Shown here piece by piece: positions 1 to 8,975 of a stretch of DNA of 64,000 bases. Origin of the DNA: Phycisphaerales bacterium. Lineage in GTDB: Bacteria > Planctomycetota > Phycisphaerae > Phycisphaerales > UBA1924. The translations under genes were made by a program, and so were the position numbers. Under the pieces are notes generated by a model. It searched no databases and was not told where the DNA came from. It saw only the letters and a program-made list of their open reading frames with translations. Position 1 is the first letter of the stretch, and every line of letters begins with the position of its first letter. The DNA is taken from NCBI GenBank assembly GCA_965227775.1, contig OZ245777.1, positions 1,792,001 through 1,856,000 on the forward strand, in the 5' to 3' direction.

Positions 1-144
1 CGGCGAGCAGCACCAGTCTCCGATGTGCTGGGCCCGCTTGGAATGGATGTAGAACCTGCCGTAGAACGCGGTCTTGCGCGGCTCGGTCAGGAACTTGAGC
101 CACACTGGCTTGTTGGAGACGAACGTTGGCGGCGGTGTGCTCAT
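1..144 (-). CDS. Partial CDS running off the window edge, unknown product (N-terminus MSTPPPTFVSNKPVWLKFLTEPRKTAFYGRFYIHSKRAQHIGDWCCSP...)
   Basis: Manual translation of the reverse strand: 48 open codons from ATG at 144. A TACCAT -10-like hexamer lies 5 nt upstream. Divergent from pfk. Confidence 0.55.
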   Translation of the reverse strand, partial: MSTPPPTFVSNKPVWLKFLTEPRKTAFYGRFYIHSKRAQHIGDWCCSP

Positions 145-303
145 GGCCGATGGTACGAGCGGTATGCGGCCCGGTGACTGCCCTGCCCACCCCCACACAC
201 CCGACCCGACGCGCACCACCCCGCCGCGGGCAGGGCTAAGAATGCCACCGTTTGGCGGCGGGGTTGCTCGTGCGACCCCTCAGGACACGGGCGGAGGCGA
301 GCG

Positions 304-1536
304 TTGGCGCAAGCAGATCTTCCAAGAGGAACGGCCGTCATCGGCCAGTCGGGCGGGCCGACCGCCGTCATCAATCAATCGCTCGTCGGCGTGGCGCTCG
401 GCCTGCGTCGCGGCCTGCAGCAGAGCGGGCACGTCACGAAGGTCCTAGGCATGCGCAACGGCGTCCGCGGGCTGACCGAGGGCCGCGTGAGCGACATGAC
501 CGACCTGGACGAGTCCATGCTCGACCGGGTCGCCCACACGCCCAGCGCCGCGCTCGGCAGCACGCGCGACAAGCCCGACGCGAGCTATTGCGGCCGCATC
601 TTCGAGAGCTGCCGGAAGGTCGACGCGCGGTACTTCTTTTACATCGGCGGCAATGATTCGAGCGACACCTGCCGCATCGTGAGCGAGGCCGCCAAGGCCG
701 CCGACTACGACCTGCGGTGCATCCACGTGCCCAAGACGGTGGACAACGACCTCATGGGCAACGACCACACGCCCGGCTATGCCAGCGCCGCGCGGTTCGT
801 CGCGCTGGCGCACATGGCCGACGGCATGGACAACGCCGCGTTGCCGGGCATCAAGATCAACATCATCATGGGCCGCCACGCCGGCTTCTTGACCGCCGCC
901 GCCGCCGCCGCCCGGCACGAAGAGCACGCCGGCCCGCATCTCGTATACGTCCCCGAGGTCCCCTTCATCACCGACCGCTTTGTGCAGGACGTGGCGAGCG
1001 TGTACGACCGTCTGGGGCGCTGCCACATCGCCGTCAGCGAGGGCATCCAGGACAAGGACGGCGTGGCCATCGGCGCCCTCTTGATGGGCGAGGAGAAGGA
1101 CGCGCACGGCAACGTCCAGCTCTCGGGCTCGGGCGCGCTGGGCGACCAGCTCTCGGGCTTGCTCAAGGCCAAGCTCACGCCCGAGGGCGGCAAGCCCCCG
1201 CGCGTGCGGGCCGACACGCTTGGCTACCTGCAGCGCTGCTATCCCGATGCCAGCCCCGTGGACGCGCGCGAGGCCCGCATGGTCGGCGTCGCCGCGGCCG
1301 AGCTCGCCGCGCAGGGACACTCAGGCATCTCGATCACCCTTGAGCGCACCAGCCAGATCGGCCCGAACGAGGCCTACCAGTGCCGCACCGGCGTGCAGCG
1401 CCTCGAGGACGTCGCCGCCAAGACGCGGCACATGCCGCCGGAGTACATCGAGGGGCACCACGACGTGAGCGAGACCTTCCTGCAGTACGTGCGGCCGCTG
1501 CTGGGAGACCTGCCCCCGTTTGAGTTGTTGGAGTAA
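304..1536 (+). CDS. pfp: Phosphofructokinase family A protein, probably pyrophosphate-dependent
   Basis: Motifs QSGGPTAVIN, IGGNDS, PKTVDND, MGRHAG and LGYLQR. Asp in GGNDS and Lys in PKT are the PPi-type signature residues. Confidence 0.85.
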   Translation: MAQADLPRGTAVIGQSGGPTAVINQSLVGVALGLRRGLQQSGHVTKVLGMRNGVRGLTEGRVSDMTDLDESMLDRVAHTPSAALGSTRDKPDASYCGRIFESCRKVDARYFFYIGGNDSSDTCRIVSEAAKAADYDLRCIHVPKTVDNDLMGNDHTPGYASAARFVALAHMADGMDNAALPGIKINIIMGRHAGFLTAAAAAARHEEHAGPHLVYVPEVPFITDRFVQDVASVYDRLGRCHIAVSEGIQDKDGVAIGALLMGEEKDAHGNVQLSGSGALGDQLSGLLKAKLTPEGGKPPRVRADTLGYLQRCYPDASPVDAREARMVGVAAAELAAQGHSGISITLERTSQIGPNEAYQCRTGVQRLEDVAAKTRHMPPEYIEGHHDVSETFLQYVRPLLGDLPPFELLE

Positions 1537-1614
1537 GACGCGCGGAGCGGTTTGATTACATTCCGTTGACGCTCCAAGCATCGAACGCCCGCCCACTCAC
1601 GGCGTATCGGTGGT

Positions 1615-2085
1615 GTGTCGGCCTTTCTTAAGACTATCAACGCGCGGCAGCGATGCTCGCTCTTGGCTTGGTGCGTGCTGATCGGCACGACCGGCGCTGC
1701 TTTTTGGGTCGTCTACCTCGGGTTTCGGGGCGTGCACGCGCTGGCTATAGACTTTCAGGTCTTCAGCCGTTGGGACACTCGCACCGTCGCGGCCGACAAG
1801 GCGGCGATTGATGGCATCATTTTGCCGGCGATCCAAGCGTACGCCCGGCGTGAGGGGGAGTTGCCCGACAGCCTGGACGAACTCGTCACGGCGGGGGATC
1901 TCGCGTCGATCCCTGACTCCCAAGCCGGAGTGTGGTTCTACAACAGTCTTTCGGAATACTTCAACGTCGGCGTGGGCGACCCGCCGCACGAGTACCCAAG
2001 CGCGTACCGCGTCATCGAATTAGACAGTCCTGGCAACGCCGACCCGGATCTCTGGCGGGTGGGCGACTGGTACCTCGACTTGTGA
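1615..2085 (+). CDS. Hypothetical membrane-anchored protein with a pseudopilin/GspG-like AIQAY..REGELPDSLDELV segment
   Basis: 156-aa ORF with an N-terminal TM helix, filling the gap between pfk and the antiporter. Confidence 0.55.
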   Translation: MSAFLKTINARQRCSLLAWCVLIGTTGAAFWVVYLGFRGVHALAIDFQVFSRWDTRTVAADKAAIDGIILPAIQAYARREGELPDSLDELVTAGDLASIPDSQAGVWFYNSLSEYFNVGVGDPPHEYPSAYRVIELDSPGNADPDLWRVGDWYLDL

Positions 2086-2121
2086 ACAACGCGCACATGT
2101 GCTGAGACGATTCGTGCGTTG

Positions 2122-2229
2122 CTCCGGCACGATCCGGATCAGCTTCCCATCGCGCTAGTCGGTGAGTATGTAGAGGGCGCCGTTGGGCACCTGCCGCACG
2201 TCGCGGATGTGCGGGCGTCGAAGGCGAGC
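2122..2229 (-). pseudogene. Decayed fragment of the 3' end of a PQQ-dependent sugar dehydrogenase gene; imperfect direct repeat of 4040-4145
   Basis: Reads LAFDAR[2-nt frameshift]IRDVRQVPNGALYILTD*RDGKLIRIVPE, versus LAFDARIRDVRQGPDGNLYVLTDERNGKLIRIMPE in the intact gene. Confidence 0.8.
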
Positions 2230-2315
2230 TGACCATCTTCGACTTCCTCGCCTTCCAGGACGCCTCCGACGCCGGCTGCTGAGTTCAGCCTCAGGGCACC
2301 GATAGACTGCCCGCC

Positions 2316-4013
2316 ATGGGATCCTGGTCGGTGCTGCTCGATGTCCTGCTCCTGCTGTCGACCGCGACGGCGCTCGGGATCGTGTGCGCGTGCCTGAAGC
2401 AGAGCCCGATCATCGGCTACCTGGCGGCCGGCACGCTGGTGGGGCCCAACGTGCTGGGGGTCGTCGGCTCGGGCGAGCAGGTCGAGCTGCTGGCCGAACT
2501 GGGCATCGCGCTCTTGCTGTTCACGATCGGCCTGGAATTCTCCTGGCGGCGGCTGGTCGGGCTGGGGCGGGTGGCCATCGGCGGCGGGTTCCTGCAGGTG
2601 GGGGTGACCGTGTCGCTGGTGGCCGGGGCGTGCCTGCTCATGGGCGTGCAGGCGCGAACGGCGTGGGCGCTGGGGGCGATCATCGCCCTGAGCAGCACGG
2701 CCTGCGTGCTGCGGCTGCTTGTCGCCCGGGCCGAGATCGAGTCGAACCACGGGCGGCACGCGCTGGGCATCCTTCTGGTGCAGGACGCGGCGGTCGTGCC
2801 GTTGGTGCTGCTCGTGGCGCTGCTGGGGGGCGAGGGGGCCAGTGTGGGGGGTGGTGCGGGTACTGGCGCGGGCGAGAGCGGGGCCGGGCTGGCCGAGGCC
2901 GGCTGGGCCCTGGCCCGCGTGCTCGGCGGGGCGGCGGTGCTCATTGCGCTCCTGTTCGTGCTGCTGCGGTACGCGATGCCGTGGCTGCTGCGGCTGGAGG
3001 CATTGCGGCACAGCCGCGACCTGCCGATTTTGATCGCGGTGGTGGTAGGGCTTGGCGCGGCGTGGGCGTCGCACGAGTTCGGGCTGTCGCCGGCGCTTGG
3101 CGCGTTCGTCGCGGGCATGCTGCTGGCGGCCTCGCCCTTCGCCACGCAGGTGCGGGCCGACATCGCCTCGCTCCAGACGCTGCTGGTTACGCTGTTCTTC
3201 GGGTCCATCGGCATGCTCGGCGACCCGGCGTGGCTGCTGGGCAACGTGGGGCTGGTACTGGGCGTGGTGACGGCGATCGTGGTGGGCAAGGCGCTGATCG
3301 TGTGGGCGATCCTGCGCCTGCTGGGTCAGGCCCACGAGAGCGCGCTGATGACCGGCCTGTGCCTTGCCCAGGTGGGCGAGTTCTCATTCATCCTCGCGAT
3401 GTCGGCCCATGGCAGCCTGATCGACGACGACACCTTGCGGCTGTTGGTCTCGGCCACGATCATCTCGCTGTTCCTGACGCCCTACTTGGTCTCGACGGCC
3501 CCCTGGCTGGCCCCGCGGATCATCGCGGGCTTGCGCCGCGCCCGGCTGGTTTCGGCGCCGGCCCCGCCGGTGGGCGCGCCCGCGCACGCGGCGGCAGGGC
3601 GCATCGTGGTGGTCGGCTTCGGTCCGGCGGGCCAGGCGGTGGGGCGGATGATGGCCGGCCACGACCGCGAGGTAGTCGTGCTCGACCTCAACGTGAAGGC
3701 GATCAAGGCCGCCCAGGCGATGGGGCTGGTTGGCCACGTGGGCGACGCGACGCACGAGGACGTGCTGCATCACGCGGGCGTGCGGACGGCCGATACGGTG
3801 GTGGTGACCATCCCCGATCCGGCGATGGCCGGGCGGATCGTCCGCCTGGTGCGGGTGGCGGCGCCCGATGCGCACGTCATCGCCCGGGCACGCTACCACC
3901 GCTACGTCCGGGAGATCCGCGAAAGCGGCGCCCACGACCTGGTCGACGAGGAGACACTCACCGGAGAGCGCTTGGCTGCCGGTCTGCGCCACCGGCTTGC
4001 GCGCCCGGACTGA
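2316..4013 (+). CDS. Kef-type cation:proton antiporter (CPA2) with C-terminal TrkA-N/RCK domain
   Basis: Many TM helices. Motifs AELGIALLLFTIGLE, LSSTA, ILLVQD and QVGEFSF, plus C-terminal VVGFGPAG and GDAT. Confidence 0.9.
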   Translation: MGSWSVLLDVLLLLSTATALGIVCACLKQSPIIGYLAAGTLVGPNVLGVVGSGEQVELLAELGIALLLFTIGLEFSWRRLVGLGRVAIGGGFLQVGVTVSLVAGACLLMGVQARTAWALGAIIALSSTACVLRLLVARAEIESNHGRHALGILLVQDAAVVPLVLLVALLGGEGASVGGGAGTGAGESGAGLAEAGWALARVLGGAAVLIALLFVLLRYAMPWLLRLEALRHSRDLPILIAVVVGLGAAWASHEFGLSPALGAFVAGMLLAASPFATQVRADIASLQTLLVTLFFGSIGMLGDPAWLLGNVGLVLGVVTAIVVGKALIVWAILRLLGQAHESALMTGLCLAQVGEFSFILAMSAHGSLIDDDTLRLLVSATIISLFLTPYLVSTAPWLAPRIIAGLRRARLVSAPAPPVGAPAHAAAGRIVVVGFGPAGQAVGRMMAGHDREVVVLDLNVKAIKAAQAMGLVGHVGDATHEDVLHHAGVRTADTVVVTIPDPAMAGRIVRLVRVAAPDAHVIARARYHRYVREIRESGAHDLVDEETLTGERLAAGLRHRLARPD

Positions 4014-4036
4014 CGCGGCGCCGATGGCCGGGCGAG

Positions 4037-5296
4037 CTACTCCGGCATGATTCGGATCAGCTTTCCGTTTCGCTCGTCGGTGAGCACGTAGAGGTTGCCG
4101 TCCGGCCCTTGCCGCACGTCGCGGATTCGGGCGTCGAAGGCGAGCGTCTCGTTGGCCTCGACCTCTTTGCGATCGAGCATTACGCGGCGGACCTGGCGGC
4201 TGATGAGCCCGCCGGCGAAGAGGTCGCCCTGCCATTGCGGGAACTGGTCGCCCGTGTAGAACGCGAGGCCGCAGGCGGCGAGCACTGGCGTCCAGACGCA
4301 CGCGGGGTCGACCATGCCCTCGAGGCTGACCTCGTCGCTGATCTCGTCGCCGTTGTAGTGGATGCTGTACGTCGCCTTGGGCCAGCCGTAGTTCTTGCCG
4401 GGCTCGATGAGGTTGAGCTCGTCGCCGCCGAGGGCGCCGTGCTCGGTGGCCCACACGTTGCCGGTGGCGGGATCGATGTCCATGCCCTGGATGTTGCGGT
4501 GACCGTAGCTGTAGACGAAGCGGCCCACGTCGTCGCGATCACTGAACGGGTTGTCGTCGGGAGCGGTGCCGTCGTCGTTGAGGCGCAGCACCTTGCCCCA
4601 CGTGTTGTCGAGGAACTGCGGGTTGTCGCGCGCGAGGCGTCCGCCGACGCGGGTGGGCGGGTTGCCGCCGTCGCCGACGGACATGAGCAGCGTGCCGTCT
4701 GGCAGCCAGACGAGCCGGGAGCCAAAATGCTGGCCGCCGGGCTTGTCGGGCGTGACGCGGAAGATCTCTTCGACGTTCTCCAGCCTGGCGGACTTAAAGA
4801 GCTGGGTGCCCGGGGTGTCATCTTCATTGCCGGCTTCGATGACGAGCGTGCCACGTGAGAGCACGGTGCGGTTGGCGCGGCCGTCGCCCGTCGCGTGGGT
4901 GAAGTAGACGAGGTTGTTCGATTCGAAGTCCGGGTGCAGCGAGACGTCCATCATGCCGCCCTGGCCCAGTCGCCTGGTCTGCGGGGCACCCTCGACCTCA
5001 TCGGGCGTGACGACGAACGGGCTGTCTTCGGTGAACTGCGCCGCATCGACGAACACCACGCGACCGCCGCGCTCGGTGATGAGCATCGAGCCGTCGGGCA
5101 GCCACGTCATACCCCAGGGGGATGAGAGTCCCTCGATGACGGTCTCTGTGCGATAGCCGGCGGCCCTGGGGCTGTCTTCCTCGCTGTCCGAATAGATCGG
5201 CGAGGGGCCCGAGGTCGGCAGCTCGGCGCGCTGGCCGCACGCGGGCAGGGTCAGGGCGAATGGGGCGAGTACGGCAAGCGTGGTGATTCGCAGCAT
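4037..5296 (-). CDS. PQQ-dependent glucose/sorbosone dehydrogenase family lipoprotein
   Basis: Motifs PWGMTWLPDG, GQGG, HFGSRL, SYGHRNIQG, EHGALGGDELN and RIRDVRQGPDG. Lipobox-like LPAC. Confidence 0.9.
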   Translation of the reverse strand: MLRITTLAVLAPFALTLPACGQRAELPTSGPSPIYSDSEEDSPRAAGYRTETVIEGLSSPWGMTWLPDGSMLITERGGRVVFVDAAQFTEDSPFVVTPDEVEGAPQTRRLGQGGMMDVSLHPDFESNNLVYFTHATGDGRANRTVLSRGTLVIEAGNEDDTPGTQLFKSARLENVEEIFRVTPDKPGGQHFGSRLVWLPDGTLLMSVGDGGNPPTRVGGRLARDNPQFLDNTWGKVLRLNDDGTAPDDNPFSDRDDVGRFVYSYGHRNIQGMDIDPATGNVWATEHGALGGDELNLIEPGKNYGWPKATYSIHYNGDEISDEVSLEGMVDPACVWTPVLAACGLAFYTGDQFPQWQGDLFAGGLISRQVRRVMLDRKEVEANETLAFDARIRDVRQGPDGNLYVLTDERNGKLIRIMPE

Positions 5297-5314
5297 GCGA
5301 GAGGGTACGGGCCC

Positions 5315-6394
5315 TCAGCCACCGAGCGCCTGGCGGAGCCGATCGAGGTTGGCCCGCATGGCGTCCATGTAGTCCCCGGACTCGGGTTGGCCTTCGGCGG
5401 GGGTGAAGAGGACGCTGGTGACGCCCAGCTCGTCGGCGATCGCGGCGCGGATGGCCTCGGTGGGCTCGCCCTCCCAGAGCAGGATCACGGGCTTATCGCC
5501 GTGTGAGTGCTCATGGTCATGGTCGTGATCGCCTTCGCCTTCGTCGTGCGTTTGGCCCTCATCGTGCGAATGGTCGTGATCGCGGCCGTGGTCCTCGCGA
5601 TGCTCATGCTCGTGGTGATGGTCCTCGTGGTGGTGCAGCGCATTGTGTACGGCGTCGACGATCGCCTGCACGTCCTCGCTCTCGGGGTCGAGGTCGAGGT
5701 TGTGCACGTCCCAGCCAAGGTCGCGGGCGAGGTAGTTGTACGCGGGGTGGCTTGCGAGCAGGCGATGCTCGCCCACCAGCGGCGTGAGGTCGCTGAACGA
5801 GACGCCGAGCATCTCGAGGTCTTCGACGAGCGACGCAAGGTTGGTATCGAATGCCTCAGCGTGCTGCGGCCACGCGGTCGTCATGGCCTGGGCAATGTTC
5901 CTTGCCTGCACGATAGCGATGTCTGGGCTGACCCAGGTATGGCCGTCGAGGCCCTCGTGCGTGTGCTCGCCGCCCGGGCCGTGACTGTGCGTGGTGGTCT
6001 CCATCGTGATGGGTCCGCCGGTGGCATCGAGGTCGGCGTCGCTGAGGCTCTCGACAGTACGGGCGCGGGGTAGCGCGGCGCCGGCGACCCACTTCTCGAA
6101 CTCGGCACCGTTGGTGATGACGAGCTTGGCGTTCTGGTACTGGACCATCGCGTCGGCGCCAGGCTTCCAGAAGATCGGGTCCTCATCGGCCGGCAGCGCG
6201 CTTCGCACCGTCACGAGCCCGCCGGCGATGCGCTCGGCAAAGTATGTCGTGGGGTAGAACGTGGTCAGGACCTCATCAACGAGCGCCGCGCTCGATTGCC
6301 CGGAGGTGGTGCCGGACTGTTCCCCGCAGCCGGGGATGGCAGCGCCCGCGATGGCGATGAGTAGCGCGGCGGTCAGCGTGGTGGACGTTCGCAT
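5315..6394 (-). CDS. ZnuA/TroA-type metal ABC substrate-binding lipoprotein with two His-rich segments
   Basis: Lipobox-like IPGC, then NGAEFEKW, HSHGPGGEHTHEGLDGHTW, HPAYNYLAR and a long His/Asp/Glu tract. Start set at the ATG after an AAGGAG Shine-Dalgarno. Confidence 0.85.
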   Translation of the reverse strand: MRTSTTLTAALLIAIAGAAIPGCGEQSGTTSGQSSAALVDEVLTTFYPTTYFAERIAGGLVTVRSALPADEDPIFWKPGADAMVQYQNAKLVITNGAEFEKWVAGAALPRARTVESLSDADLDATGGPITMETTTHSHGPGGEHTHEGLDGHTWVSPDIAIVQARNIAQAMTTAWPQHAEAFDTNLASLVEDLEMLGVSFSDLTPLVGEHRLLASHPAYNYLARDLGWDVHNLDLDPESEDVQAIVDAVHNALHHHEDHHHEHEHREDHGRDHDHSHDEGQTHDEGEGDHDHDHEHSHGDKPVILLWEGEPTEAIRAAIADELGVTSVLFTPAEGQPESGDYMDAMRANLDRLRQALGG

Positions 6395-6441
6395 GGGGAG
6401 GCTCTCCTTCTTCATCTCTTTGCTTCTGCGCGGTTCGTGGA

Positions 6442-7614
6442 TCATACGAACGCCGATGCACGGCTCACCAGCAGGAGGGCTAACCACGCGAGCGAGAGAG
6501 CCAAACCGACACCGAGCGCCACGAGGCCGAGGAGTTCCCCGCCAACAAGCACGGCCGCGGTTGAGCGTGAAGCGCCCATGTCGGCCAGCGTGCGCAGCTC
6601 GTCGGCCCGCAGGCGGTAGCCCAGCACGGCGATAAGGGCAATGAGCGCGGCCGTGCTCGCGGCAAGCACGATGGAGATGGCGTCGAAGACCAGCCGCAGG
6701 CGCACAACGAAGGCGATGAGCTCGTCCACGACCTGGCTCGGCTCGATGGCCTGCAGATCGTCGCGGGCGTTGAGCCGGGCGGTCAGGATCGTCTTCGCGC
6801 GCGCATCTGCGGGATACAGCAGCACGGCGGTGAGCGGGAACTCGTCGCGTGAGCCATGGATGTGGAAGCTGCCTGCGTTCTCGTCGGTGACTTCCTGGTA
6901 GGTGCGGAGGGCCTCGCTGAGTGCGACGCGGTCCTGGTCTCTGGCGATGACGAGGTCCGGGCGATCGATCTCCTGGGCGTCGTCGTGGCCGTGGGCGAAG
7001 CCTTCGAGCAGCCACGCTGTCTCGAGGTCGACGAACAGGGCCTCGTCGTCGCTCGTGCCGGTGGGCTCGAGCACGCCGACAACGTTGAGCTTGAGCGACG
7101 GCGGCTTGGTGATGTCGTACGCCTCGGCGACGTCGCTGAAGATGGACGAGCCGGAGGTGAGACCGTGCCGCGCGGCGACATTCGCGCCCACGACTGCCTC
7201 ACCCAAGCGCGCAAAGAGGCGGCCGTCGGCCAGCGGTATGGCCACCCCCGGGCGTTGAAAATAGCCGATGTCGGTGGCGACGATCGGGTCGCCGGCGGCT
7301 GTGAATCGTGCATGGACGGGGACGGCCGTCGCCAGCGGGTCCTGTGACAGACGGTCGAAGTGATGGTACTGCAGAGGGTCGAGCGGGGCCGGGCGGAAGT
7401 AGAGCGACGCGAGGACGAGATCGAAGCGGCCGCCCTTCGCACCGACGACCAACGGCGCCATGTCCGCACGCTCGCGCTGGGCGCTCTCGAATCGCGCCGC
7501 GAGTGAGCGGCTCAGCAGCGGCACGAGCAACGCGATGGCGACGCAGCCCACCAGCAAGGTCGACCGGCCACGGTGCCGCCACGCGTGCCACCAGATGAGC
7601 GGCAGAAGCTTCAT
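6442..7614 (-). CDS. MacB/FtsX-family ABC transporter permease
   Basis: N-terminal TM helix, large periplasmic domain (GRLF...EAVVG, VVGVLEPTGT.DD..LF), and C-terminal TMs with R..ELRTL..MGAS. Contains HGHDD and FHIHG motifs. Confidence 0.8.
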   Translation of the reverse strand: MKLLPLIWWHAWRHRGRSTLLVGCVAIALLVPLLSRSLAARFESAQRERADMAPLVVGAKGGRFDLVLASLYFRPAPLDPLQYHHFDRLSQDPLATAVPVHARFTAAGDPIVATDIGYFQRPGVAIPLADGRLFARLGEAVVGANVAARHGLTSGSSIFSDVAEAYDITKPPSLKLNVVGVLEPTGTSDDEALFVDLETAWLLEGFAHGHDDAQEIDRPDLVIARDQDRVALSEALRTYQEVTDENAGSFHIHGSRDEFPLTAVLLYPADARAKTILTARLNARDDLQAIEPSQVVDELIAFVVRLRLVFDAISIVLAASTAALIALIAVLGYRLRADELRTLADMGASRSTAAVLVGGELLGLVALGVGLALSLAWLALLLVSRASAFV

Positions 7615-8297
7615 GTGGCAGCGGCCTCGTGGGCGAGCGTTCCCATGTCGAGCACGTGCTCGAATCGTGGCAGCAGCGCGTGGTCATGCGTGACGAGCAT
7701 CACGGTGGCGCCGGTGTGCTCGGCTTGCTCCAGGATCAGATCCATGATCAACGCGGCGCGGGCGGGATCGAGGTTGCCCGTCGGCTCGTCGCAGGCGATC
7801 AGTTTCGGGTTGGTGATGAGCGCCCGGCAGATCGCGACGCGCTGCTGCTCGCCCTGACTAAGGCGATCGGGCCGGCGCTTGAGCGTGTGTGCGATGCCGG
7901 CGCGTTTGGCGAACTCGTGCGCACGTTCGCGGGCATCGGCGTTCAGCGCTACCGAGCCATGCAGGCGGAGCGGCAGCAGGATGTTCTCCAGGGCGGTGCA
8001 ATAGCCAAGGAGCGCGAACCGCTGGAAGACGAAGCCGACCGTAGCGATGCGGATGGCTCGGCGTCGTGTCTCGCTCAGTTGATCGAGGCGATGGCCGTCG
8101 AGTTCGATCGAGCCAGAGGTGGGAGGCAGGATGCCCGTGAGCAGGCGCAGGAGGGTGGTCTTGCCGCAGCCGCTCGGGCCGACGACGGCGGCGTGGCGAC
8201 CGGTGGCGACCGCAAACTCCGGAAGCTCGAAGAGCGGGCCTTCGGACGGATCGAAGGCGTGGCTGAGGTTCGTCGCTCGCAGCAGCAGATTGGGCAC
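7611..8297 (-). CDS. ABC transporter ATP-binding protein (LolD/MacB-like)
   Basis: Walker A GPSGCGKT, signature LSQGEQQRVAI, DEPTGNLD and VTHD. The GTG start at 8297 is inferred; the stop overlaps the permease start. Confidence 0.9.
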   Translation of the reverse strand: MPNLLLRATNLSHAFDPSEGPLFELPEFAVATGRHAAVVGPSGCGKTTLLRLLTGILPPTSGSIELDGHRLDQLSETRRRAIRIATVGFVFQRFALLGYCTALENILLPLRLHGSVALNADARERAHEFAKRAGIAHTLKRRPDRLSQGEQQRVAICRALITNPKLIACDEPTGNLDPARAALIMDLILEQAEHTGATVMLVTHDHALLPRFEHVLDMGTLAHEAAAT

Positions 8298-8393
8298 GGG
8301 TAGTGATAGGCTCTCGTGCGGGTTGGTGGAACCGGCATTGGTGCTGGGCGAACGGGAGGGAAGATCGGGGTGCTTGTTCGTGGGAGATGGGTG

Positions 8394-8975
8394 ATGCGGA
8401 TGCAGGCGTGCGGGTTGGCGGTTGTTCTTGGAGCAACGCCGCTGATGGCCCAGTCCGAGGTGTTCTTCGAGATCGATGACGATGTGCTGGGCCCGGGGCA
8501 GAGCACCACGGTCCGGCTCTGGGTGGCCTTTCCGCCGGCGGACCACTCGCTGGCCGGCATCTTGACCGATGTTCGCAGCAGTGTCGGCTCGGAGGGCTTC
8601 AGCGAACTCAGCCTGATTGCGCCGCTCGATGGGCCTGGTACGTCTTCGGGCACACCCACAACGACGGGCATCGACGAGATTGTCGCCGGTCAGCTGATGT
8701 TCCCGATCTGCGGCATCGGCGGCTGCCCGATGAGTGTGAATCCGATCGCGTTTTGGGAAGCGACGTACACCGCGCCCATCGATGCGACGCCGATGCTTGT
8801 CGAGCTCACGACAATCACTTCCCGGCTGGAGGTCTATCCCGAGTTGCATAACCCGCGGACCGAGTCGAGGCTGGACGGACTAATCGAGGGCGAGGCGACG
8901 ATTCGCGTCGTGCCGGCGCCGGCGAGCATGCTCGTAGTCGGACTGGCTGCGATGCTGGTCGGTCGGCGTCGCTAG
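8394..8975 (+). CDS. PEP-CTERM-like surface-sorted protein
   Basis: Signal peptide plus C-terminal VVPAPASMLVVGLAAMLVGRRR. Confidence 0.75.
   Translation: MRMQACGLAVVLGATPLMAQSEVFFEIDDDVLGPGQSTTVRLWVAFPPADHSLAGILTDVRSSVGSEGFSELSLIAPLDGPGTSSGTPTTTGIDEIVAGQLMFPICGIGGCPMSVNPIAFWEATYTAPIDATPMLVELTTITSRLEVYPELHNPRTESRLDGLIEGEATIRVVPAPASMLVVGLAAMLVGRRR

Noticed and set aside
893..912. (GCC)n run in pfk as a phase-variable repeat
   Set aside because: It is an in-frame Ala run typical of GC-rich coding sequence, and triplet slippage would not shift the frame.
2384..4858. Very long alternative-frame and antisense ORFs (also 10017-12221, 15213-17006, 41796-44150 and 55513-57258)
   Set aside because: They overlap well-supported genes, have Arg/Gly/Ala-rich or mirror-codon composition and show no motifs. 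These are expected shadow ORFs in high-GC DNA.
5500..5640. Repetitive DNA (gtg/atg/gtc triplets) as a possible tandem array or CRISPR
   Set aside because: It encodes the His/Asp/Glu tract of the metal-binding protein. There are no fixed repeat-spacer units and no cas genes.
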